Origin: Candidatus Poribacteria bacterium
GTDB taxonomy: Bacteria > Poribacteria > WGA-4E > JAJDTR01
Length of the DNA stretch: 64,000 nt
Reading direction: 5' to 3'
NCBI GenBank assembly: GCA_965222225.1
Contig: CBDCTK010000002.1
Coordinates: forward strand, 2,624,001-2,688,000
The stretch's first letter is position 1; the number at the start of each line of letters is the position of its first letter. Below, piece after piece: positions 40,801 through 51,961 of the stretch. Below the pieces are notes generated by a model that was given only the letters and a program-made list of their open reading frames with translations, ran no database searches and was not told where the DNA came from. A program made the position numbers and the translations under genes.

Positions 40801-42950
40801 GGTGTTTCGGTCAGCGATGACCATCCACCTGAAACCGGAACGTCGCGGTTTTGCTCAGACAGATTTTGCATCCCTCAAACTCCACTACGACGAACAGATT
40901 CTGCAGATCCACGTTATGGCGGAATTCGCGCAGCAGGGACTTGGGTCGATGGCTGATGCCCTGCGTCTGGCTATGGACTATTTCGTGCTTAGCCGAGATG
41001 ACTTTATGCGTCGCTGGCTGCCAGACAGAGGCAGGGAAATCTCGCGGCAGACCACGCCGGAATCGTGGCGAACCATTGTCGAAAGCCTGAGAAATCCCAT
41101 TCAGCGCCGCATCGTCGCGGACGACCGGGAGCAGACGAACGTGCTGGTGCTCGCCGGTCCCGGCTCCGGCAAGACACGGGTGTTGGTGCATCGTATCGCC
41201 TATTCTGATTCGCGCGAGGCGCGAGAACCCTCGCGGAATCTTGGCGCTCGCCTACAACCGGCACGCCGCGGTGGAGATCCGCCGCCGCCTTGCGGAACTC
41301 ATCGGCGGCGACGCCCGCGGGGTGATGGTGTTCACGTGCCACGCGCTCGCCATGCGACTGGTCGGCGCCAGTTTCGAGGGGCGCGCCAATCTTATGAACG
41401 ACGAGGGTTTCCAAGCAATACTCCGAGATGCGGCGGCGCTGCTGCGTGGGGAGGGACTGCCGCCGGACGAGGCGGACGAGTATCGGGGGCGGCTGTTGGC
41501 GGGTTTCCGCTGGATACTGGTGGATGAGTACCAGGACATAGGCGCGGATCAGTACGAACTGATTTCCGCCCTGGCAGGCAGAACCCTCGCCGACGAAGAC
41601 GACAGGCTAAGCCTCTTCGCGGTGGGGGACGACGATCAGAACATCTACGCTTTCAGTGGCGCGTCGGTTGAGTTTATCCGCCGCTTTGAGACCGACTACG
41701 GCGCCCAACCCACTTTCCTGACCGACAACTACCGCTCCACCACCCATATTATCGCTGCCGCCAATGCGGTAATCGCGCCGGCGCGGCAACGGATGAAGAC
41801 CGGGCATCCCATCGGCATCGACAGAGCGCGCGCGAAAGAACCACCCGGCGGCGCGTGGTCTAATCTTGACCCGGTCGCCCGGGGGAGAGTCCAGATATTG
41901 TCGGTTGGCGATAGCGCTATCACCCTGGCTCAGACGGTCGTCGCCGAATTGAAGCGGTTGTCCGGTTTAACACAGGACTGGGATTGGTCGAAATGCGCCG
42001 TTGTGGCGCGCGAATGGAGCTACCTCGATCCGGTGCGCAGCCTCTGCGAACTTGAGGAGGTTCCAGTTCAGATGGCGAACGAAGACATCCTGAACGTCTG
42101 GCATCTGCGGGAGACCCGCGGTCTCGTGAACTGGCTACGCGCGCGGGATTCCCGCTTGATTAAGAGTGCTGACCTGAACGACTGGGCAGTCAAACAACCC
42201 CCGGGCGCTTGGGCCGAATTGCTGCAGGAAAGCATAGCGGAGTACGCGCTGGAAACCGGTGGCGCCGAGACACCCGTGGATCACTTCATCGAATGGCTGG
42301 CGGAGTGGGGGCGAGAGGTACGCCGCCGGCAGCGGGGGTTGTTGCTGCTGACCGCCCACCGCGCCAAGGGCTTGGAGTTCGACCACGTGGTTGTGCTGGA
42401 CGGAGGCTGGGATCGCGTTAGCAGCCATGAGGATGTGGATGCCCCGCGCCGGTTGTACTACGTGGCTATGACCCGTGCACGACACACCCTCGCTCTGGCG
42501 CGCTTTCCGGGGGCGCACCCGCGGCAGGATGCCTTGCGGGGCTGTCCTTCGGCACTGCACTACCCGGCGCCCGTCAGGCTCCCACCGGCACCACCGGAAC
42601 TTGAACGCCGCTATAGGCGGCTCAGCCTACGCGAAGTCTTTCTGGGTTTCGCCGGATATAAGCGCCCTAGCGACCCGGTGCATCGTGCAATTGGTGCGCT
42701 CTCGCCCGGCGATCGGCTGCAGGTGCGGGTCGGGTCGAAGCGTTGGGAGCTACTGGATCGCGACGGGACAGTTGTAGGAAGACTTGCCGCCGGTTTCAAA
42801 GCGCTTGACGGCATGCGCTGCACATCTGCCAAGGTCTGGGCAGTCGTCACCTGGGGCCGCGAGCGTTCGGAGCCGCAGTACCAAGACCGCCTTCTATGTG
42901 ATGACTGGGAGGTGGTGGTGCCGGAGTTGATTTTCGAGCCGAATTCGTAA
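37829..42950 (+). CDS. DEDD-exonuclease-like + RecQ (SF2) + UvrD (SF1) helicase fusion, single +1 frameshift at ~41204
   Basis: LDLEV..GHNLIDFD..VDTL; LPTGSGKSLCYQLPA, LDEAHCLSKWGHDFRPDY, ATNAFGMGIDK, QEAGRAGRD; then AGPGSGKT, VDEYQD, VGDDDQNIY, HRAKGLEF, YVAMTRA. Removing one T from GCCTATTCTGATT joins the two ORFs (RIAYLIRARRENPRGILALAYN). Confidence 0.85.
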
Positions 42951-43363
42951 TCTTACCGGCAAGCCGACATGCCGGTTCATTCACCCTTTTCCCGACTTGT
43001 AAGGATCTCTATCGATCAACGGACCGAACAGGATTCAAATGGGCGATAGAAAATCCTACTCGTTATTCGCTTGCTCGATCTATCCGCTCGCTTGACCTCC
43101 ACTGAGGTGCAGGACATTGCCAACACTAAACGACACGTACAATACTGCTACAAGGATTTCTCTCCAGCGGAGCGCCATGTTGGGCTTTTCTTAGAAATAA
43201 TGATTATCTAAACTAATTTAGAGATGCGGTTAGGTGCAGTATTTTGGGTGCATATTACGCTGCTCCAACTCGGAGAGATGGTTTTAAGCTATTTTGGAGA
43301 TAATGACATTCCGCTCCTCTGGAGCGGGAGAAAGACGTACCTCTTGGCTACAGACATAACACT

Positions 43364-43521
43364 CCGCTGAAGTGCAAGACATTGCAAACACTTCGTCGAT
43401 TTCCCTAGGACATCTAATGCGATTCGCCTGTTTTGCCTACGAAACGGAGTTGACCGTATACTTGCCTTCTGCTAGAATCTGGCGTACTTGGCCGGATTGG
43501 AATCCTCAAATTGCCCGGAAA
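43364..43521 (+). repeat. ~155-bp diverged direct repeat containing a promoter (copy 2)
   Basis: Contains TTGACC-17-TAGAAT at 43450-43478; a partial third copy lies at ~43099-43127. Confidence 0.85.
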
Positions 43522-43570
43522 GATTTACGAGCCGTACCGCTGAAATTACAAGTGAGGAGAAGAGATAGAT

Positions 43571-43885
43571 GTGCTTGCTATGGTGCAGAGCAGCGCAATC
43601 ATGGGCATTGATGCCTACATTGTTCAGGTGGAGATCGACATCGCAGATGGACTGCCCGCTTCAATACGGTCGGGTTGCCGGATAGCGCGGTAAAAGAGAG
43701 CCGCGAGCGCGTGGCAGCAACAATCAAGAACTCCGGTTTCTATTTTCCAACGACCCGAATCAAGGCGAATCTCGCGCCTGCCGATGTTCGCAAAGAGGCG
43801 TCTGCCTTCGATCTGCCGATTGCTCTGGGAGTCTTTGCGGCTACGGCACAAATCCGCGACAAGAGTTTTGACCAAACGCTGGTTT
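43571..43885 (+). pseudogene. comM: 5' fragment of comM/yifB (diverged duplicate)
   Basis: Colinear with 47501-47816 with many third-position changes, a 1-bp deletion at ~43658 and truncation after FDQTLV. Confidence 0.9.
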
Positions 43886-43979
43886 GTCAAGTCCTAAAAT
43901 TAGGTTTACATGAAAATCCACGAATTACCGGTGGTTTAGAGAGAGTTGCTGCAGGCTTTTCTGACTTAAGGAGTTCAAT

Positions 43980-44777
43980 ATGCCAAGATACGATCTTGAA
44001 GATCAAGTAGCCATCGTGACCGGCGCCGGCCGTGGGATCGGCCGAGCCATCGCACTACGGCTGGCGCACGAGGGCGCCAGTGTCACCATCGCCGACCTTG
44101 ATGAGACGAACGCGCAGCAAGTCGCGGAGGAGATCGCAGCGGCCGGTGGCCAGGCCCACGCTCTTAAAATAAACGTGACGCGCAAAGACGATGTCGAACG
44201 CATGGTGCGTGGCACTGTGGATCGATTTCACCGGCTGGATATTCAGGTCAATAACGCCGGCATCGGCATCATTGCACCACTCATGGACACTAGCGAAGAA
44301 GCCTGGGATGCGCTGATGAACGTGAATGCTAAAGGTGTTCTGTTCTGCTCGCAGGCAGCAGCACAGCAGATGATTGATCAGGGCGAAGGTGGCCGGATCG
44401 TCAACAACGCGTCTGGGGCCGGCAAAATTGCGCCAGGCAAAGGTGTGGCGCTTGGGGCATATTCGGCCAGCAAACACGCCGTCGTCGCGATCACAAAGCA
44501 GATGGGTCTAGAGCTGGCGGAGCACGGAATCCTTGTCAATTGCGTGTGCGCCGGCATCGTAGACACCCCAATGTGGGATCTAATCGATCGCGAGACCGCA
44601 AAGCTGCACGGCGTGCCGGTCGGATCGGTAAAAGCCAATGCGGTTGCGACCATCCCACTGGGTCGCATTGAGCAGCCGGAAGATGTCGCCAATATGGTTG
44701 CTTTCCTGAGTTCGTCAGATGCCAGCTACCTGACCGGCCAGACGTATAATGTGTGTGGCGGTCTCTTGCCTTATTGA
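43980..44777 (+). CDS. SDR family oxidoreductase (acetoin/polyol dehydrogenase-like)
   Basis: [25 protein letters not shown]. Confidence 0.92.
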   Translation: MPRYDLEDQVAIVTGAGRGIGRAIALRLAHEGASVTIADLDETNAQQVAEEIAAAGGQAHALKINVTRKDDVERMVRGTVDRFHRLDIQVNNAGIGIIAPLMDTSEEAWDALMNVNAKGVLFCSQAAAQQMIDQGEGGRIVNNASGAGKIAPGKGVALGAYSASKHAVVAITKQMGLELAEHGILVNCVCAGIVDTPMWDLIDRETAKLHGVPVGSVKANAVATIPLGRIEQPEDVANMVAFLSSSDASYLTGQTYNVCGGLLPY

Positions 44778-45197
44778 TAATACAATAACCAATGGTGCTA
44801 GTTCGTACTAGATGACCCGTTCTAAATTAGATTGACATGAATTGCTCCGGATTACTACACTATTCAATGAGGTAGAAAGGAGAATTCAGATGTCACATCA
44901 GTTAGGAAAAGGATTTTCAATGGGAACTCTATCGCCCTCGTTATCCACTCGCTTGATCCCTCGTTGTTCACTAGGTTGATCTCCTACAGTGGGTTTGTAG
45001 GAGCGCAATTCATTGCGCGTCAAGCGGGTCGTTCACTTTGCTGTACGTCGTCTGGCATGCTGTTCTGTGTAGAAACGGGCAATATATCACCCTACTACGG
45101 ATCTTTTGATGTTCGACTGCGTAAGTCCTAATATGCCATAATCTACTTGACAGTGTACTAGGTGCTAGCCGGATAGTTCGCATTTGCGGAGGTGTAC

Positions 45198-46682
45198 ATG
45201 CTTATCAAAAACAGGCAGAGCAAAGGACGCCTACTTCCGAACGTTCTCTGGATTTGCACGGATCAGCAACGATACGACACTATTGGCGCCTTGGGCAACC
45301 CGTATGTTTCAACGCCGAATATTGACCGATTGGTCCAAGGCGGAGTCACCTTCACCCACGCCTTCTGTCAGAGTCCGATATGCACGCCCAGCCGGGCGAG
45401 TTTTCTAACCGGAATGTATCCAAGCGCCGTACATGTCAACGGTAACGGGAACGAATACTTCCCGAACAGACCGCCCCTCGTTACCCGCATGCTGGCGGAA
45501 GCTGGGTACGATTGTGGTCTAATCGGGAAGCTACACCTTGCCAGCGCGTATGGGCGCATCGAGCCCCGTGTGAACGACGGATATCGATATTGGCAGTACA
45601 GCCACGCGCCCCGTGATGACTGGGAGAAGGGACACGATTATGCGGACTGGGTGCGGGCGAAAGGGTATGTCCTTGGAGAGTTAATAAAGAACGTTGAAGG
45701 TGTACCGGCTGAACTCCATCAATCCAATTGGTGCGCGGAAAAGACGATTGACTTCATCCGGGAGGATCGAGATACGCCTTGGCTCGCAAGCGTAAATATC
45801 TATGACCCCCATCCGCCCTTCAATCCGCCGCAGACGTACAGGGAGATGTTTGAGCCCGCAAAGATGCCTGGGCCGCTATTCCGCGAAACCGACTTGGAAC
45901 AGCAGAAGAAGCTGGAAGCCGTTGATTTTCAGTCCAGCGGACAGTCTCCGGATAAGCTGGATATCAAAAACCCGATTGTGCCCCAATCTCCAGGTTCGTC
46001 AACCGCGGTTGATGCCGACTCAATAGGCGCACGGGATGCTAAGAGTTTGCAGGGAGCCTATTATGCGATGATTAAGCTGATTGATGATCAGGTGGGGCGT
46101 ATCCTTGAATCGCTGGAGGAAATCGGACAGCGTGAGCAGACGGTAATCCTCTTCACTTCGGATCACGGGGAAATGCTGGGAGATCACGGATTGATCCAGA
46201 AGGGGTGCCGATTCTACGAGGGACTGGTGCGCGTGCCGCTAATTGTTTCCTGGCCTGGACACTTTGAGTCCGGCTTGAAGAGCGATGCGCTGGTGGAACT
46301 CCTCGACAAAGCGCCGACGCTACTGGAGTTAGCTGGATTGAAGGTGCCTGACCGGATGCAGGGACGATCGCTGTTGCCAATTCTACAGGGGGAAGTCTCG
46401 AAAGACCATCACCGTGACTTCGTCCGATGCGAATACTACGATGCCATCGACATGCCGGATGGCACTTTTGCCACGATGTACCGAGATAGGTCGCATAAGC
46501 TGGTGGTGTACCACGGGCATCAACACGGAGAGCTCTACGACTTGGAAGCCGATCCCGACGAGTTTGAGAACCTGTGGGATGAGCCTAGTAGCCAGGGCCT
46601 AAAACTCGACTTGATGAAGCGAAGCTATGATTCGTCCATGCTGGCGATGGATAGGGGGCCGCGGCGGATTGGGCCGATATAG
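45198..46682 (+). CDS. Formylglycine-dependent sulfatase
   Basis: PNVLWICTDQQR, CTPSR, GKLH, PHPP, TSDHG, ELYDL. Confidence 0.93.
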   Translation: MLIKNRQSKGRLLPNVLWICTDQQRYDTIGALGNPYVSTPNIDRLVQGGVTFTHAFCQSPICTPSRASFLTGMYPSAVHVNGNGNEYFPNRPPLVTRMLAEAGYDCGLIGKLHLASAYGRIEPRVNDGYRYWQYSHAPRDDWEKGHDYADWVRAKGYVLGELIKNVEGVPAELHQSNWCAEKTIDFIREDRDTPWLASVNIYDPHPPFNPPQTYREMFEPAKMPGPLFRETDLEQQKKLEAVDFQSSGQSPDKLDIKNPIVPQSPGSSTAVDADSIGARDAKSLQGAYYAMIKLIDDQVGRILESLEEIGQREQTVILFTSDHGEMLGDHGLIQKGCRFYEGLVRVPLIVSWPGHFESGLKSDALVELLDKAPTLLELAGLKVPDRMQGRSLLPILQGEVSKDHHRDFVRCEYYDAIDMPDGTFATMYRDRSHKLVVYHGHQHGELYDLEADPDEFENLWDEPSSQGLKLDLMKRSYDSSMLAMDRGPRRIGPI

Positions 46683-47002
46683 GTAGACACGTGATTGGGG
46701 ACTCTCTGTAGTTAGGTCTGCACTAAAGTGCGGAGTAGCGAAATCTTCTGTCATGCGAGGAAAATTGTGCCTTACAGTAGTGCGCATATCAGAGATCCTC
46801 TCGATTAACATCCGGTTTCGATAGCATCACAGATGTATGACGTTCTTCAGCGTACCTCCGATTTCTGCTACAAGTCCGGACGTATGCGCGCGTTTACTCC
46901 TGTCATTTCAGATTTCGACTCGATTCAAGCCGGTCCAAAAAAATGTCCGGTAAATGGGAACAGTCACGTTAATCTCCCGTGATGCCCCGCCCGAAATCAA
47001 TA

Positions 47003-47031
47003 TTGACCACACACTACCCGTATGCTACAAT
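47003..47031 (+). promoter_or_regulatory. sigma70-type promoter upstream of comM
   Basis: TTGACC-17 nt-TACAAT with TGC before the -10; same architecture as the promoters at 37723 and 43450. Confidence 0.55.
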
Positions 47032-47065
47032 CAGCCAAGTTGCCACCTTGATAAGAAATGGGTAA

Positions 47066-47300
47066 GAGCTTGTTTGAAAATTCATTTCGGGTCGAGTCAC
47101 TGCCCTGAAACCTATCTTGATCATCAGGTCAAGATGAAATCCCTGCACCAGACTTTGTAAGCCCCAGAGCGGGATCAAGCGAGCGAATAGCGAGTGCGAT
47201 AGAAATCCCGACAGATATATAGTGGGTAACGACAAAAACACGACAACGCCCCTCCTCAAACGATCAAACATGACTTTGCCACCTATTTTCAAAAAAGCTC
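47066..47300. mobile_element. 235-bp MITE (IS5 family, IS1031-like ends)
   Basis: TIR GAGCTTGTTTGAAAAT / ATTTTCAAAAAAGCTC (15/16 match) flanked by TAA direct repeats; related solo ends at ~25796 and ~62198. Confidence 0.75.
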
Positions 47301-47500
47301 TAAGAAACCGAGTTTTCTGCGGTGACGAAACACGACGTGGGCGAAAATCCGACCGATTTAATCAGAGCCAGGCAATCCGTGAATCAAAAACTCGGTTTCT
47401 CTGGCATAGGTTGCAACTTGAGTTACAATACCAACTCAAAAGATGAACCTGCCATGCTGCCTACAATTAGGCGGATCGATGATTTGGAGAAGAGGTAAAC

Positions 47501-49036
47501 ATGCTTGCTACGGTGCAGAGCAGCGCAGTCTTGGGCATTGATGCCTATATTGTTCAGGTAGAGATTGACATCTCGGATGGGCTGCCCGTCTTCAATACGG
47601 TCGGGTTGCCGGATAGCGCGGTAAAAGAGAGCCGCGAGCGCGTGGCGGCGGCAATCAAGAACTCCGGTTTCTACTTCCCGACGACCCGAATCACAGCCAA
47701 CCTCGCACCCGCCGATGTGCGCAAGGAAGGGTCTGCCTTCGATCTGCCGATTGCTCTGGGGGTCTTGGCGGCTACAGCGCAAATACGCAACAAACACTTT
47801 GACCAAACGCTGGTTTTAGGTGAATTGGCGCTTGATGGGAGCATCCGCTCAGTGCGGGGTTGCCTACCAATCGCAATCAAAGCCAAAGAAAAGGGATTCA
47901 CGGGCGCAATTTTGCCCAATGCGAATGCGAAGGAAGCGGCAATCGTCGATGAGTTGAATGTTTACCCGGTGGAAACGCTGCAGGAAGCGGTTCAATTCTT
48001 GAACGGAGACCGAACCATTGCACCGTTTGAGTACGATATCCGGGAGGCATTTCAGCAACACTCGGAGTATATGATCGATTTCGTCGACGTGAAAGGGCAA
48101 GAACACGTCAAGCGGGCGATCGAGGTTGCCGCTGCGGGCGGGCACAATTTGATTATGATTGGGCCACCGGGATCCGGCAAGACGATGATTGCCAAGCGGA
48201 TTCCGACCATCCTGCCCGACATGACGCTGGACGAGGCGCTTGAGACGACAAAGATTCACAGCATCATGGGCTTATTGGCGGATGATGTGCCACTAATAGC
48301 CACGCGCCCCTACCGTTCGCCACACCACACCATCTCGGATGCCGGGTTAATCGGCGGCGGGAAGTTTCCGCACCCCGGAGAGGTCAGTCTCTCGCACAAC
48401 GGCGTGCTGTTTCTTGACGAATTGCCGGAGTTCCGCAAGAACGTGCTCGAAGTGATGCGGCAACCGCTTGAAGACGGGCACGTGACGATTGCGCGGGCAG
48501 CCGCCTCTTACACGTATCCCGCGAATTTCATGCTTGTGTCCGCGATGAACCCATGTCCGTGCGGTTATTTTGGTGAGCCAACCCGCGACTGCCGATGTTC
48601 GCCGCAGCAGATTCAGAACTACATCTCCCGCATTTCCGGTCCCCTGCTTGACCGAATCGACTTGCAGGCTGAGGTTCCGGCTGTGAAATACAAGGATTTG
48701 TCGAGCGATTTCACGGGCGAACCGTCGGCGGATATACGCGAGCGGGTGCAGGCCGCGCGCCGTATCCAACAGGAGCGTTTTGCTCAGACGACGGTCTACT
48801 GTAACGCGAATATGGAATCCAAGCACCTCCGCGAGTTTTGCAAGGTTGAGGAGGATGCCCAAGAATTGCTGCGGGTCGCTATCACGCAACTCGGGCTTAG
48901 CGCCCGTGCCTATGACCGTATCCTGAAGGTTGCGCGTACCATTGCCGACCTCGGAAATAGCCCCACCATTGAGGGGGAGCATGTTTCGGAGGCTATTCAG
49001 TATCGCAGTCTGGATAGGAGTTTTTGGAATCGGTAA
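47501..49036 (+). CDS. comM: ComM/YifB Mg-chelatase-like AAA+ ATPase
   Basis: [70 protein letters not shown]. Confidence 0.96.
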   Translation: MLATVQSSAVLGIDAYIVQVEIDISDGLPVFNTVGLPDSAVKESRERVAAAIKNSGFYFPTTRITANLAPADVRKEGSAFDLPIALGVLAATAQIRNKHFDQTLVLGELALDGSIRSVRGCLPIAIKAKEKGFTGAILPNANAKEAAIVDELNVYPVETLQEAVQFLNGDRTIAPFEYDIREAFQQHSEYMIDFVDVKGQEHVKRAIEVAAAGGHNLIMIGPPGSGKTMIAKRIPTILPDMTLDEALETTKIHSIMGLLADDVPLIATRPYRSPHHTISDAGLIGGGKFPHPGEVSLSHNGVLFLDELPEFRKNVLEVMRQPLEDGHVTIARAAASYTYPANFMLVSAMNPCPCGYFGEPTRDCRCSPQQIQNYISRISGPLLDRIDLQAEVPAVKYKDLSSDFTGEPSADIRERVQAARRIQQERFAQTTVYCNANMESKHLREFCKVEEDAQELLRVAITQLGLSARAYDRILKVARTIADLGNSPTIEGEHVSEAIQYRSLDRSFWNR

Positions 49037-49712
49037 GTCGGGGATTATAATCGAATACTATAGGTAGAAGCGTGCCGTCCCTCCAGATATCGTCACTGAT
49101 TGTTGTAGGACACCCCCTCGGCAAATGAGAGCAATCTACTTCCTATCTGAGTAACGAATGCCGTTGCGGTATCGCTGTGGTAGGCTTTCTTGGCGAAGAT
49201 TCACTGCGGATACAAACTGGGGTTCGATTCCCTACAATGCTATCTGGCTTGCGCGAGTATCCCAGAGGGAAAAAGCGAAAATGAGTACCCTCTGATTCAG
49301 AATGTCGGACAGATCGTTGAAATTGCCCTGCCAGTCATAAAACTAACGGTATTACCATTTTTCATCCTGCCCCTAGAAATTTTCATTTGCCTCATCAGCG
49401 CGCTATTTTAGCTTGTTCATGACTTTGTGTCATAAGAGGCTTTAAGCGGCCGACCTTCTAGATATCACGACAGCTCAGAAATCATCAGATGGCGTCGAGG
49501 GGAGTGGTATTCCTCAGGAGGAGTGGGGGCCAAAGAACGATCGTTCACAAGCGGCGCTGATTAATGCCATGTTCGATTGACAGAGAAGTTAGGGTTTGTT
49601 TGTCGTGAAGAAGGTATTGCGGCTCAGGCAACCGTGCTACAAAAAAATTCGGAATGAGTATAACCCAGCTATTTGGTGTTTTATCAAGTTTGCATATTGT
49701 ATCACATAGCAC

Positions 49713-49745
49713 AAAAAAGGCACCCTTAAAGTTTCAGGGGTGCCT
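49713..49745 (-). terminator. Intrinsic terminator
   Basis: Minus strand AGGCACCCCTGAAACTTTAAGGGTGCCT-TTTTT downstream of ORF 49782-50162. Confidence 0.65.
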
Positions 49746-49781
49746 GAGTGATTAGATGTAAGTAGACTAGAGGGAAAATTT

Positions 49782-50162
49782 TTATCTCAATTTGTTTATC
49801 ACATTTATGATGTATTCAATACGGCGTGGTGATGTGCAATAAATCATAACACGGTTGTTCTGAGCTTTACCAGCATTAAACTTGGGAAATGCTACGCATG
49901 GCTTACAAAGACCTTGAGCATCTACGTCTGGCGTAATAGCGGAGAAGGGTGTGTCTATCAATACACGGAAATTTAATATGCGCCGATCTGCATAAACAAA
50001 TGGAAGCCAACTCTCAGGAAATGTATAAGGTATATATTCAAATGCTTCAAACGACGGCTCAACATTAAGTGCAATTAAAATGCGATCGTGAAATTGTATT
50101 AGTAGTTGTGCGGCGTTATCTGCCAAATTATGCGAATAATGTTGTGATTTGTTAACAATCAT
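49782..50162 (-). CDS. Hypothetical protein (AT-rich)
   Basis: GAGG RBS, 126 aa, followed by a terminator. Confidence 0.55.
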   Translation of the reverse strand: MIVNKSQHYSHNLADNAAQLLIQFHDRILIALNVEPSFEAFEYIPYTFPESWLPFVYADRRILNFRVLIDTPFSAITPDVDAQGLCKPCVAFPKFNAGKAQNNRVMIYCTSPRRIEYIINVINKLR

Positions 50163-50178
50163 AATAGCCTCATTCGCT

Positions 50179-50337
50179 TTACTCTTTATCCTTTTTGATG
50201 ACTCTCGCTTGCACTAAGACATCTAGAAATGCTTCTGCGATTTCTCTTTTTACCCTAATTTCAAATTTATCAAAACGTCTGTCTAGTTCTTTTTCGCTAA
50301 CTAATGTCCCGCCTATTTGAATGCCTTTGGCAATCAT
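50179..50337 (-). CDS. Small hypothetical protein (52 aa)
   Basis: Hand translation MIAKGIQIGGTLVSEKELDRRFDKFEIRVKREIAEAFLDVLVQARVIKKDKE*, ending just upstream of the next ORF. Confidence 0.4.
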   Translation of the reverse strand: MIAKGIQIGGTLVSEKELDRRFDKFEIRVKREIAEAFLDVLVQARVIKKDKE

Positions 50338-50659
50338 AACGAAACAAGTGCTCACCCCGCAAGGATAGTTGGCACTTCAGTTGGCAGTCATTTTATCACC
50401 AATCTTTGATATCATAACGTGGAGTGTAAGTATTAGACATCTTTCCTAATTAAATCATGGAGACACAGAGGTTCGGTGCAGGAAAGTGAGGGGACAAGTG
50501 GGAAAACAAGCATACAAGTACATCTCCTCAATCTCTTGACTGCGCATTTGCTCCTTTGGTCACTCAACGCTGTGAAAAAAGCTCCGAAACGACCGATAAT
50601 ATTTTGGAAAGATGTCTATTGTAAACCCTGAAGTTTCACTTGTCAAGAATATAAAACTA

Positions 50660-51908
50660 CGGAATTAGTAGCTTGTAGCTTTTAGACTGACGACAAACAT
50701 AAAACTTGGTACCCTGTCGTAAATCTTTTCGTCACACGTAGATGTCCATAGTGACTATTCTTCTCGTAGGAGTTTGCTATGGACATTTTGAATCTTATGA
50801 AAGAGTTTCCAAATCAAGAATCTTGTCTCAGATTTATAGAGGAAAAACGTTGGAAGGACGGTGTTTGCTGTATCCACTGTGGCAGTGAAAAAGTTGGACG
50901 CAAGAACAAAAACGACATTACTACTGGTTGGAATTGCTACGATTGTGAATCTAGCTTTTCGGCTACAGCAGGAACCATCTTCCATGGTACCAAGATACCT
51001 CTCCAGAAATGGTTTTTGGCTATCTCAATTCTTTCCAATGCCAAGAAAAGCATATCGAGTTGTCAGCTTGCTCGTGACTTGGACATGAATCAAAAGTCCG
51101 CTTGGTATATGGCAATGCGCCTCCGTGAGAAAATGAGTGATAGTGATGAATTGCTGAAAGGGATAGTTGAAGCGGACGAAACCTATGTCGGCGGCAAACC
51201 CAGAGCAAAATCTAAGAGAGGTAGAGGCACAAATAAATCTCCCGTCATCGGCGTAGTCGAGAGAGGCGGTCGGGTGGTTGCTAAATTCATGAAGGTTCTA
51301 TCTGGTGAAAATATCAGAGAATTCATCCTTAGCAATGTCTCACCCGATGAGTCTATTCTTATGACTGATGAATTTCGCTCTTACAATAGTCTGGACGAAG
51401 ATATCGAAAGACATGTTATCCATCACCAAGAGAGATATGTTTCTGAGGACGGCGTAACTCACACCAACACCATCGAGTCGTTTTGGGCTTGTGTCAAGAG
51501 GTCATTCTACGGAACGCATCATCACTACAGCAAGAAGTGGCTGCCACTGTATATCATGGAGTCTTGCTGGAAATATAATCGCAGAAAAGATGATGAGATT
51601 TTCATAAGATTTTTTGATGAATGCTTCACCTGAGCCACATGAATTGTTTGGCTATCGGTATATTCTGTCAACGACAACATCATGGTGTGCTGAAAATCCC
51701 ATAGTGTTGGAAATTAAAATCCCGCAGATAACCCGCAATGCTCCCGCGAGCATGTACAAACGCTTGGTCAACATGATATGCCTCCATTTCTCTCTTATAG
51801 AGATGTATTTTAGTGTGAATCAAGATTCCGAACACTGTCTAAAATGATTGTACATTAAGAAGAGAAAAGCAAGCAAATCGACCAAAAAGCAGTTAACTAC
51901 TAAGTCCC
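50660..51908 (+). mobile_element. IS1595-family insertion sequence
   Basis: Imperfect ~24-bp TIRs (CGGAATTAGTAGCTTGTAGCTTTT / AAAAGCAGTTAACTACTAAGTCCC); 8-bp TSD TAAAACTA at 50652-50659 and 51909-51916. Confidence 0.92.
50779..51633 (+). CDS. IS1595-family transposase
   Basis: Zn ribbon CxxC..CxxC, GTIFHGTK, VEADETYVGG, MTDE, HTNTIESFW. Confidence 0.95.
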   Translation: MDILNLMKEFPNQESCLRFIEEKRWKDGVCCIHCGSEKVGRKNKNDITTGWNCYDCESSFSATAGTIFHGTKIPLQKWFLAISILSNAKKSISSCQLARDLDMNQKSAWYMAMRLREKMSDSDELLKGIVEADETYVGGKPRAKSKRGRGTNKSPVIGVVERGGRVVAKFMKVLSGENIREFILSNVSPDESILMTDEFRSYNSLDEDIERHVIHHQERYVSEDGVTHTNTIESFWACVKRSFYGTHHHYSKKWLPLYIMESCWKYNRRKDDEIFIRFFDECFT

Positions 51909-51961
51909 TAAAACTAACTATTTTTCGTGATGACAGTGTAAAATATGGCGCCTTGATAGGC

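Noticed and set aside
41195-41215. Programmed ribosomal frameshift in the helicase fusion
   Set aside because: No slippery heptamer or homopolymer run; the break falls inside the UvrD core, so mutation or sequencing error is more likely.
49219-49233. tRNA T-loop-like GGGGTTCGATTCCC
   Set aside because: No acceptor, D or anticodon arms could be paired around it; at best a chance match or a relic.
49490-49650. Possible GNAT remnant (RLTEKLGF)
   Set aside because: Single short motif in a broken frame.
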